Below the pieces are notes generated by a model. It worked only from the letters and a program-made list of their open reading frames with translations, did not search any database and was not told where the DNA came from. A program made the position numbers and the translations under genes. Positions 54,258 through 64,000 of a stretch of 64,000 nucleotides of DNA are shown here, piece by piece. The DNA lies in contig CP086569.2 of NCBI GenBank assembly GCA_009914755.4, positions 18,688,001 to 18,752,000 of the forward strand. Direction: 5' to 3'. How positions within the stretch are numbered: position 1 is the first letter of the stretch; every line of letters begins with the position of its first letter. This DNA comes from the human T2T-CHM13v2.0 reference genome, Homo sapiens.

Positions 54258-54421
54258 CTTTTTGTTGTTGCTCTTTGAGACAGGGCCTTATTCTTTGGCC
54301 CAGGTGGGAATGTACTTGTGCAATCATAGCTCACTGCAGCTTCAAACACTTGGGCTTGAGCAATCCTCCCCCCTTGGCCTCCCAAAGTACTGGAATTACA
54401 GGCGTAAGCCACAACATTCAG
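54258..54421 (-). mobile_element. Internally deleted Alu, followed by (TTG)n at 54425-54465
   Basis: gagacagggccttattctttggcccaggtgggaatgtacttgtgcaatcatagctcactgcagcttcaaacacttgggcttgagcaatcctcccc..ggcctcccaaagtactggaattacaggcgtaagccacaac then gttttgttgttgttgttgttgttg. Confidence 0.8.
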
Positions 54422-54761
54422 CCTGTTTTGTTGTTGTTGTTGTTGTTGTTGTTTCTTTGATTGTTTGTTTTTGGTTCCTGTTTTGAAAGTTGAAAAGGAT
54501 AATTTGCTTTATAATCAATGAAAATATAGTACTTTGAATAGGCCAGAAGACATAATGCACAAGAACTTTAAGTTGTATAGTTGACTTATCAACCACCTGG
54601 GTAAAGTTCAATTACTTCTTAAAAATTTGTAGCTGTTAACCTTCCCAAATTGTCTTTAAATAAACTCCTTGAATTGTAGGAATAAAAAAAATGAGACGAC
54701 AAGGCACATTTAAACAATACTGAAGTTTATCAAAGGACTTAAGGAATTTCAACTCATATGT

Positions 54762-54864
54762 CTCTCTCTCTTTCTTTCTTTCCTTCCTTCCTTCCTCCCT
54801 CCCTCCCTCCCTCCCTCCCTCCCTCCCTCCCTCCCTTCTTTCTTTCTTTCTTTCTTTCTTTCGT

Positions 54865-54944
<80 letters not shown>

Positions 54945-54945
54945 G
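54762..54945. repeat. Compound (TC)n/(TTCC)n/(CCCT)n/(TTTC)n microsatellite, the expanded tail of the adjacent antisense Alu
   Basis: ctctctctctttctttctttccttccttccttcctccctccctccc...ttctttctttctttc x many. The ORFs at 54754-55071(-) and 54758-55081(+) are its translations. Confidence 0.9.
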
Positions 54946-55215
54946 GTCTTTCAGACAGGGTCTCACTTTTTGTCGAGTGTGGACTGCAATGGTGCCATCA
55001 TGGCTCATTGCAGCCTGCAGCTTCTCACTCCTGGGCTCCTTTGAATCTGTCTGCCTTAGCTTCAGCTGCAATACCTGGTAATTATTTTTCTTTTTCCTTC
55101 TTTTTTATTTTCTTGGAGACAATGGTTTGCCATGTTGCCTGGGCTCTTCTGAAACCTCTGGGCTCAAGAGATGTGCCTGCCTTGACGTCTCAAAGTGCTG
55201 AGATTACAGGCATCA
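54946..55215 (-). mobile_element. Alu SINE (diverged)
   Basis: tcagacagggtctcactttttgtcgagtgtggactgcaatggtgccatcatggctcattgcagcctgcagcttc... ggagacaatggtttgccatgttgcctgggctcttctgaaacctctgggctcaagagatgtgcctgccttgacgtctcaaagtgctgagattacaggcatc. Confidence 0.8.
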
Positions 55216-56370
55216 ATAAAACATTTATTGTGTTAGGGTCAGTAAAAATAAATCAATGTTTTGGCTAAGTTATGAACATACCTATAATGCAATTATTTGA
55301 ATAACTCCAGCAATGCCATGGGCAGCTACAAACTGATGAATTTTATTAACAAACAACTAAATACACAAAAACACTTAGCCCAATTGTTTAACTGAAAAAC
55401 ATGTTTATTATTTCTAGTTTCCAGCGTTTTCTAGGTCATCATTGTTCATTTTAAAAGTCCTTTCCATAGGATAAAGCAAAACCACCTATGAATTGCCATA
55501 TTTGTTTATTTCTCAGTTATGAAAATGTCCTTAATTTGTTGACATTGCAAACAAATTTCAACTCTGTTATGAAAAACTTAAGACAACCTTCTTAGCAATT
55601 AATTTTATAGTTACATTGCATACAGGGAATGTGCTGTCTGTGAAAAAATACAAACTCAACTACAAGTCTTAAACACTGAAAAGAGTTACCAGGTGATTAT
55701 AATTTATTTTATTATATCAATCTATTGTATTGATATACAATCAATTGTATTTACATACAATCTAGAAAGTTTACAGCTGTCAGAAATTCTAGTGCAGGTT
55801 TATGTGAAATCAGAATTTAAAAGTCCCTGTGGAGCTGTAGGTGTAGTAAAATGTGTAGGTAAAATATGTCCATGCTCTTGACAGTGCTCAGGAAGGGATG
55901 TCTCTCAAATTGACCTCAATGGTTCTCTTCTCAGCAAAATGACCTGGGCCACTCAACAAGGGTTTCATTATTGCTGATGTTTGTGAAGGATCTTTTATAA
56001 AAATTTATTACTCAAAAGATATTTATTTGACATCATGGCATTAGGGTTTTCAAAACCGCTAGAGGTTTTCTTTTCTTCATCCATTATATTTTAAAGGAAT
56101 TCGACATTGATTTCTCAGGAACTTGAACAGTTTCTGGTTAGCCCCACAGTGATTCCAGCCAGGTCCCAATATAGTAGCACAGCCTCAACTCCAAGGCTGT
56201 CCCAGACCTCGGCTGCCTGATATCTGTGTCTTTCAGGGCAGTGGGAAATATTCCAGCTTCTTGTTTTTTTGTTTTTTTGTTTTGTTTTTTTTTTTTTTTT
56301 AGAAATAAAGTTGTCATCTTAATTTCATTTTTGTAGGGTTGATTGCTAGTGAATAGAAATAGATTTTGTG

Positions 56371-56920
<550 letters not shown>

Positions 56921-57389
56921 CTAGTACAGGGTTTAATACAGTTGAGCATCAATGCTGTGTTCCTCATCTTAAAGCTTTCGTTCCCAACAATTTAGATGAT
57001 GATTATTATGGGTTTTGCATAAAGATGTTTTATCATGGGAAAAAATTGAAATACAGTTTATTGGATTTTTAATTGTTAAATGTGTTGTCTTTAAGTACTT
57101 TTTATAAAAGTTGAGACAAACGTGGTGTATTTCAACATTTGATTTACATAATATGTTGAAAAGGGATGGCATTAGAATGGTAAAAAAAAAAAAAAACCTT
57201 GATTTTCTGAGAAAAGATCTTAAACATCGTGGTTTATAATGTCTTCACTTATTTGGTTAAATATTATAATGTCTATAGTTAGCAGATATGGTTACGTTTA
57301 GTTTTTTGTCCCAGTGATACCATTTGTTTAATTCAATACTAATTTGGGCTTAGAAAGAGATATGACTCCTTGTACTCTTTTGCATATAA

Positions 57390-60300
57390 GGGGCTAGAGG
57401 TTAGAGTCATACAGGTTGTATTCAAAGTTTTTTAAGCATAATGGTGTAACCTTAAGGATAGAATAGAAACGGAGGATTGGGATAAGGTTTACAATTGCAG
57501 AAAAAGTTCAGGATTAGATTGAGGGTTAGGGCTGGGCTTGAAATAAGATTTAGTGTTGTGGTAGGATTAGGGTTCGAGTTAGAGTTAAGATTAGGTTTAT
57601 GGGTTAGGGTTGAGTTTAGGGCTAGGGGTCAGAATCAGCATTAGAGGTTAGGTTTGGGCTTGGGTTATGCTTAGGTTTAGGGTAAAAAGATAGGCTTCCA
57701 GTTAGAGGTTAGGAATTAGGGTCCTGGCCAGGGTTAGGGTTAGTATTAAGGTTTAGGGTGAGGGTAAGTGTTAGAGTATTTCAGTATTTGGGTTAGTGTT
57801 TAGCATTAGGATAGGGCTTAGGGTTACATGTAGGGTTAGAGTTCAGGGTTCTGGGTTAGGGTTTAGGGTTATTGTTAATGATAGTGATCAGCATTTATGG
57901 TTAGATGTTAGTGATAGTGTTGGGCATATGGTTAGGGTTTTTGATTTAAGTTTAGCATGACTGTTAAGGCTGAGTTTGTGTTGAGGTTGAGGTTAGTGGT
58001 CACGATTAGGGTAACTCTTAGGGTTCAGTTTAGAGTTTAGGATTAGGGTTAGGGTTAGGGTTTAGTGTTAGGGTTTGTTTAGTGTTAAGGTTAGGGGTTA
58101 ACATTTATTGTTAGTGTTAGTATTAAGGTTTTTGTAGAGTTAGGGGCTAAGATTAGGTTTAGGTTTAGGGTTTAGGTTTAATTAGGGTTACAGATTTTGC
58201 TTTAGGGCTAGGGTTAGTGTTAAAGGTTAGGTTTTCTGATTTAGGGTTCAGGTTATGATTAGGTTCAGTGTTTAGGATAAGAGTTATTTTTAGGTTTAGT
58301 GCTAAGGTTAAGATTATGTTAGAATTATGTTAGTTTCACTCTCAGGATAAGGGTATTAGGGTTAGTGTTAGTGTGAGTTTTAGAGTTATGGGTTGCAGTT
58401 AAAGCTACCTTCAGTGTTTTTGGGATTTGGGGATTTATAGTTGGAATTAGGGTTAGCTTTAGGTGGTAGTGTAAGGGTTCGGATTAGGGTTTGGGTGAGG
58501 GTTAGGTTTAGGATTCAGGATGAGGGTTAAAATTAGGGCAAGTGTTATGCTTAGTGTTAGGGTTATAATTAAAATGTTTGGTTTAGTGTTAAAATTTAGG
58601 ATTAGGGTTTAGTGTTAGTTTGTGGTTTAACATTGGGTGCCTGGTTGTGGTTGAGTTAGGGTTAGGATGATGGTCAAAGCGTTTGGCTAAAGATTAGGCT
58701 GAGGGTTAGTGTTAGGCTTAGAGTAGGGCTTTTGATGAGGTGTTAGTGTTAGAGTTAGGGTTTAGGGTTTGGCTAAAGGTTAGGGCATTGTTTAGGGTTA
58801 GTGTTATAATTAGGGTTAGGATTTGGGCTTAGGATTCTCTGTTTAGTGTAAAGTAGGGTTTATGTTTATGTTTGGGGTTGGTGTTCATGTAGGGGTAGGG
58901 TTAAGTTGAGGGTAAAAGGGTTAGGATTTGTGGTAAGGTTAGGCTTAGTGTTAGGCTTACTGTTAGGGCGTACATTTGGGGTTGGTGTTAGTGTTGAAGT
59001 TCGGGTTAGGATTTGGGGTAGGGATTAGGAATAGAGTTTTCAGTTAGTGTTAGGGTTTAGGATTAGTGTTGGGTATTAGCATTTTAGTTAGGGTTACAGT
59101 TAGAGACTAAGGTTTAGTTTAGCATTTAGGGTTAGGGTTTTGGTTTATGGATACAGTTACAGGTTACAGTTAAGAGTTTATGGTTTAGGATTAAGATTAT
59201 AGTTAGGTTTTAAGCTTTAGGTTTAGAGTTATGGTTTAGGCTTATTTTTATTAATGGGTTTAGAGTTAGGATGGTTTTAATGTTAAAGTTCTGGTTTCAT
59301 GCTTTTACAGTTAGGATTAGTGTTACTGTTAGGGTTATGTGTTGAGTTTGTGGTTAGGTGTAGTTTTTCAATGTTTTATTGCTAACATTAGGATTTCATT
59401 TGAAAATAAGGGGTTTGCTTTGGGTTATGTTTTCAAGGTTAGATTTTGGGTTAAGTGTTAGGGTTAGTATTTAGGGTGAGGATTACATTTAGGTTATCAG
59501 ATAGAGTAACTTTTATGTTTAGCGTTACAGGCTATGCGTTTAGTGTTTAGCGTACAGCGTTTACGTTACAGCGTTACAGGTTAAAATTCAGGGTTAGAGT
59601 TAGCTTTAGGATATAGAATTAGTGTTAGGGGTTAGAATTAGCGTTGGAGTTTAGTGGTTGTGGGTCTGTTGGTGTTACAGATAGGGCACAGTGTTAGAAT
59701 TAGGATTAAGATTAGAATTATTGTTTAATGTTATTTTTAGGGTTAGGGTAAGAGTAGATTAAGCTTTAGGGTTATAGTTATGGTGAGTGTTTAAATTTAG
59801 ATTAAGGGGTTAAGGTTATGTTTATTATTATGATTACAGTTGAGGTTACAATTATTGGTTAGAATTAGTGTTAGGGTGAGCATTAGGGTACAGATTGCAG
59901 TAACACATTAGGGTTAGAGTTAATGTTAGTAGTCAGGCTTAGGGTCAGGGGTTAGGATTAGGTATAGGGTTAGGGTTGACCTAAAGATTAATGTTAGGAT
60001 TAGGGTTTGGGTTTCATGTAACAGCTAGGTTTTGGTGTCATGTAGGTGTAGGGTTAGGGTAGTAATAAGAGTTTTAGCATTCAGGTCATGGGTTAGTATT
60101 AGACTTATTGTGAATGTTATGATCATGCTCAAAAAGCAGGTTTAGAAGTTAGAATTTAGGGTTAGATTTAGGGGTTGTTGTTAGTGTTAGGCTTAACGTT
60201 AGCTTTTGAGGGTTAGAGATGGTTTTTTTGTTTAGTGTTAGTGTTTTTGTCTTAGGGTTAGGGTTTTAGGGTTAAGGTTTTAGGCTTAGAGCTTAAGTTC

Positions 60301-60558
60301 AGGTTTCTGTAATGTTTGCATTACACTTGGATTAGGGTTATTTTCAGGGTCAGGGTCAAATTCAGGTTTAGCTGTTAGATTTAGGATTTAGAGTTGGGAT
60401 TTGTTTTGGGGTTTAGGTTTTGGTGAGTGGCTAGGCATAGAGTTGATGTTGGGGTCAAGTTTGTGGCTTAGAGTTGCTGTTAGTGTTAGGGATTCCTGCT
60501 TAGGATTCGGGTAGAGGCTGAGTTAAGGTTAATGTTATGATTAAGTTTAGGGTTACAG
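57390..60558 (+). repeat. About 3.2 kb of highly degenerate TTAGGG-like hexamers, all G-strand on plus (interstitial telomere-like array)
   Basis: Continuous ...ggttagggttgagtttagggctaggggtcagaatcagcattagaggttaggtttgggcttgggtt...gttagggttagggttagggtttagtgttagggtttg... Nearly every 6-mer is a 1-2 mismatch variant of TTAGGG (TTAGGG, TTAGTG, TTAGAG, TTAGGT, TTAAGG, TGAGGG ...), read by eye; an exact count against TTAGGG should be computed. Unique sequence lies on both sides. Confidence 0.85.
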
Positions 60559-60849
60559 AAGGCACTGGGCAGCTGGCTAGTGTATTACATCATCACTCTT
60601 TTTTACAGAAGGGAGGACTGAGCCTTGCACCCAGAACTTTTCTGCGTCTAAGCTCAGGGCCATCTTAATGCTCATTGTGCAGCCTCATAGATTAGGAGCC
60701 AAAGGAAGTTGGCTTCTGAGGCCACAGCTTTTCTAAATGTCAACCCAGAGCTAACCAAATCCACAGTAGCTTGTGTTTGAGAATGGCAGGTGTTTTGAGG
60801 TAGTCTCTGGAAGGCCCAAAGGAAGGGAAGTGGGAAAATGTGAAAGTAA

Positions 60850-61440
60850 AATGCTGCAGCTGCTGTGGAAAATAGTTTGGTGTTCTGCAAAAGCTAAATA
60901 TAAAATTACCATAGGACCCACAACATCCGCTCCAAGCTGTATATACAAAAAATGTAAAAGAGTTATTCAAAGAAAAACTTGTATACATATGTTCATAGCA
61001 GCATTCACAATAACTAAAATCTGGAAACACACCAAATAAATGTCCACCAGCAAAAAGTAAGAAGCAAAATGTAGTATGCCCATAGAATGGCATAATATTC
61101 AGCTGTGAAGAGGATGACAACTCTAATGCTACAATGTGAGGAAACTTCAAAGCAATTTTGGCTCAAGAAGGTGAAGACAAAAGTCACATAGTGTATGATT
61201 TTATTTATGTAAATATTTAGAATAAGTAAATCCATAGAGAAAAAAGTGCAGATCACTTGTTGCTGGTGTCAGAAAGAGGACAGATTGGGTAGGAGCTTCT
61301 TAATAAGTAGGGTATTTCCTTTTGGAATGATGAAAATAATTTGGAACTAAGATGCGGTTGTTGCCCACAAATATGCATGTACTAAAGATCACTAAGGAAT
61401 TCATTAACAAACAGTTAATTGTATATTATGTGAAGGAAAT
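60850..61440 (+). mobile_element. Old L1 (L1M-like) 3' fragment
   Basis: The ORF at 60773-61039 reads ...LWKIVWCSAKAKYKITIGPTTSAPSCIYKKCKRVIQRKTCIHMFIAAFTITKIWKHTK, the L1 ORF2 C-terminal motif (compare ..[42 protein letters not shown]). A diverged 3'UTR follows. Confidence 0.75.
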
Positions 61441-62149
61441 TGTCGTCACTAAAAAGACAAAATTTCTTCCTCAGCATTCTCTCAGCAATGTGAGCTCTCT
61501 TTCCACAGAGTGCTTGTAGCATGGGGTTCTGGTCCGTCCACAGCCCAGAACTACCTGGGGCCAGGCCAGCCACATACTAGACATGAACTCCCGCCACCCT
61601 GTCCAGCAGCTCCTCGACCTGTTACCAGTGGAAGTTATCTGAGTTACTGGTGTCAAATCTATCATGGTCTGCAGTAACTTAAACTCTTCCCTCCTCAGAA
61701 GAAAGGATTTGACTGAGGGGAATAAAGTAGCAAAGGAGACTGAGAAAAGTTTCCCAGCAAACATGGAAGTTTATTTAAAAAGTTTTAGAGTAAGAAAATG
61801 GAGAGTGCCCTTGGGAGAGATCCAACTGGTTGATTTGAACATATACCATATATATGTCTTGCAAATATTTTGTCCCATGCTGTTGGTTCTCTTTCCACTA
61901 TGCTGACAGTGTCCTTTCATGCACAAAAGTGTTTAGTTTTGATGAAGTTCAGTTGATCTATATTTTCTTATGTTTTGTGTTCATTCAGTAATATAGCCAA
62001 GAAATCATTTACAGATCCACAGCCAAAAAGCACATGAAAAGATGTTCAAAATCACTAGCCACTTAATACATGAATATCTAAATGAGAATAAGATTACCAC
62101 TTTATCTCCATTGGAATTTTTTATTTTATTTTTTAAGGAAAAGTTTGAG

Positions 62150-62300
62150 AGTATGTGGAGAAATTAGAACCCTTGTACATTGCTGGTGAGATGGTGAAAT
62201 GGTGGCAATGGTTGCACAAATTGAGCATAGTTAAATAGTTAATGCTTCCAAATTATACACTCAAAAATGTTTGAAATGGTACATTTGTTTACGTATGTTT
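62150..62300 (+). mobile_element. Old L1 ORF2-end fragment
   Basis: agaacccttgtacattgctggtgagatggtgaaatggtggcaatggttgcacaaattgagcatagttaaatagttaatgcttcc resembles L1 NPCTLLVGM.NGAATLENSL. Confidence 0.55.
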
Positions 62301-63944
62301 TTCCAATGATGACAAAAGCTTCCTCAGAAATCATCCTAAAATAGTTGCATGTGTCATGAAAGAAGACGCTCTTCTCCTATCATGAGTAGAAGCGTATTTA
62401 TTTATTCATGCTGGTATACACACTCCTGACTCTTCCACACCCCCAGCGTGATCTCATCAAGCAGAGTGAGTCCCTTCTCATCTGGCCCATTTGTGCTCCT
62501 TTCCATCACTGCATTCTCCTTTTCAACTCACTACCTGCCCACTAAAAACAACTGTAAATTACCTTGTCTGTTTACCATCTCTGTAAACATTTCTTCTCTG
62601 TAATGTAATAGAAATGAAATCATACAATATGTCATCTCCTCAGACTGGCTTTTATCACTTAGCTTCATGTATGCCTGATTCATCCATGGCTTTGCGTGAC
62701 TTCATAAATCACTCCTTTTCTTTTGATGAATAGTATTTCATTTTATGAATTTACCTGGCTTGGTTAATATTGAAAGGCATCCTGATTCCTTCAAGTATTT
62801 TGCCATTGTCAAGAGAGCAGTTATACATAAGTGCATGTGGTTTTGAGTTAGATGTGACTTTCCAAATCAGTTGTCTAAATACCTAAGTGTGCAATTGTTA
62901 GCCTATATGATGAGACCATGATTGCCTTTGGAAAAAACTGCCAAACTGTGGCAGAAGAAGACAACCATATTTTAAAGTTGCTGTACCATTTTGCCTTCCA
63001 TCGGCAATGAATGAGATTTCCTGTTGCAGTTTTGATTACATTTAAAAAGAAATTTAGATATAGTATAGCTGTTTAGTGCTCTCACTTTTATTTTATTTTG
63101 CCTTCCCTGAATGGAAGGTGTTGTTGAGCACTGTTTTGTTGTTATCATTTGTTCATTAATCTGTGATTGCTGCCAAAAAGCATACATGCGTTGTGCCACA
63201 GAAAACCAATTTTTAAAAAAAGTACTCTATGCTTTACCTGGTAAAAACTAATAAAATTTTTCTAGTCCACATAGTCATTTATCTTGCCATTTTTTCTAAT
63301 CTTATGGTGACTACAAGAAAAGAGTGAACTGTAGCTAATAAGAGAATGTGGTGTATTGTCGTGATTTTTCACTGTGTAAAAGTCCCTTTCACTCAAGTGA
63401 TTTCTTTATGGATTTCAAGGCAGCAACAAGAACGTGTAGAGTACAAACTAGTCTCTGTTGGAATTGACAAAAAGCTCTGATCTCAGTTTCTCTACATATC
63501 TTGCCATGCTGAATCATTGACAAAAATACAAAAATTAGAACTATGAAGGTTTTGGTTCTTAAACCTGCCCCTACAAAAGTAGGCCAAAATTTGAAATCAC
63601 ATGTGTTTGGTCTGTTAGTTTTTCATCTTTCACAAAACATTCCACTGCATCAGAATTCAATTTGAAGACTGAGATTCATTTAATAGTGTTTTACTTATTG
63701 TTGTTTCTTTTTGTGTTTGGATATCACAGGTAAAACGTCTGATTACTTCAACATTACACATTTTAAATAATAAAAGCCAGAAAGAATGACAGATGAAATT
63801 AATCCCATGAATTTTTAATGACTTGCTATTTGGTTTTTACTTATTACTGTTACTGTGTTTTCTGTCTTGAGAATACCAAAATAGTAATGCATTGTACCAA
63901 GCATTCTAAAATAACTGCCTAAAAGGGTAATTGAATCATTTTTT

Positions 63945-64000
63945 TTCTTTTCTTTTTTTTTGGAGATGGAGTCTTCCTCTGTTCCCATAGCTGGAGTGCA
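63945..64000 (-). mobile_element. Start of an antisense Alu, truncated by the window end
   Basis: ttttttttggagatggagtcttcctctgttcccatagctggagtgca. Confidence 0.8.

Noticed and set aside
54754-55081. Overlapping plus and minus ORFs of about 105 aa (KKERKKERKK / FLSFFLSFF)
   Set aside because: They are translations of the (TTTC)n/(CCCT)n microsatellite.
57390-60558. Reading the TTAGGG-like array as a true chromosome terminus or as ordinary satellite DNA
   Set aside because: Unique sequence and L1 fragments continue on both sides, and the hexamers are far too degenerate for a functional telomere. There is no larger unit periodicity typical of satellites. I therefore call it an interstitial telomere-derived array.

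Overview
This window is human/primate genomic DNA, not a prokaryotic locus. It is AT-rich and carries about 20 Alu SINEs, four L1 LINE copies, Alu-tail microsatellites, a 20-bp minisatellite, and splice-site-bounded short exons. I find no bacterial operons, RBS-spaced genes, CRISPR arrays or tRNA/rRNA genes. Most of the six-frame ORFs in the track are translations of simple repeats, minisatellites or L1 ORF1/ORF2 remnants.

The main finding is an unprocessed, intron-containing, decayed copy of the head-to-head TRAPPC2/OFD1 gene pair of Xp22.2:
- Minus strand: three TRAPPC2-like coding exons at about 16.5-17.35 kb.
- Central CpG island at about 27.9-28.2 kb, the position of the shared bidirectional promoter.
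- Plus strand: at least nine OFD1-like exons from 28.35 to 44.65 kb, corresponding to the LisH exon through roughly the middle coiled-coil exons.
- The exons are only about 70-85% identical to the parent proteins and carry frameshifts, a CGA>TGA stop and degenerate splice sites, so I call it a duplicated pseudogene locus.
- It is riddled with later insertions: Alus, and a 3.5-kb internally deleted young L1 with perfect 18-bp target-site duplications.

The second main finding is a roughly 3.2-kb array of highly degenerate TTAGGG-like hexamers at about 57.39-60.56 kb, in a single orientation. It reads as an interstitial, telomere-derived repeat.

Smaller observations:
- an orphan CpG-rich exon-like block with ATG and a GTAAGT donor, immediately followed by a 20-bp-unit minisatellite;
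- an L1 junction with an inverted segment, consistent with twin priming;
- three pairs of local direct repeats, one pair bracketing an OFD1-like exon.

All coordinates are by eye and may be off by a few bases. No database search was possible.
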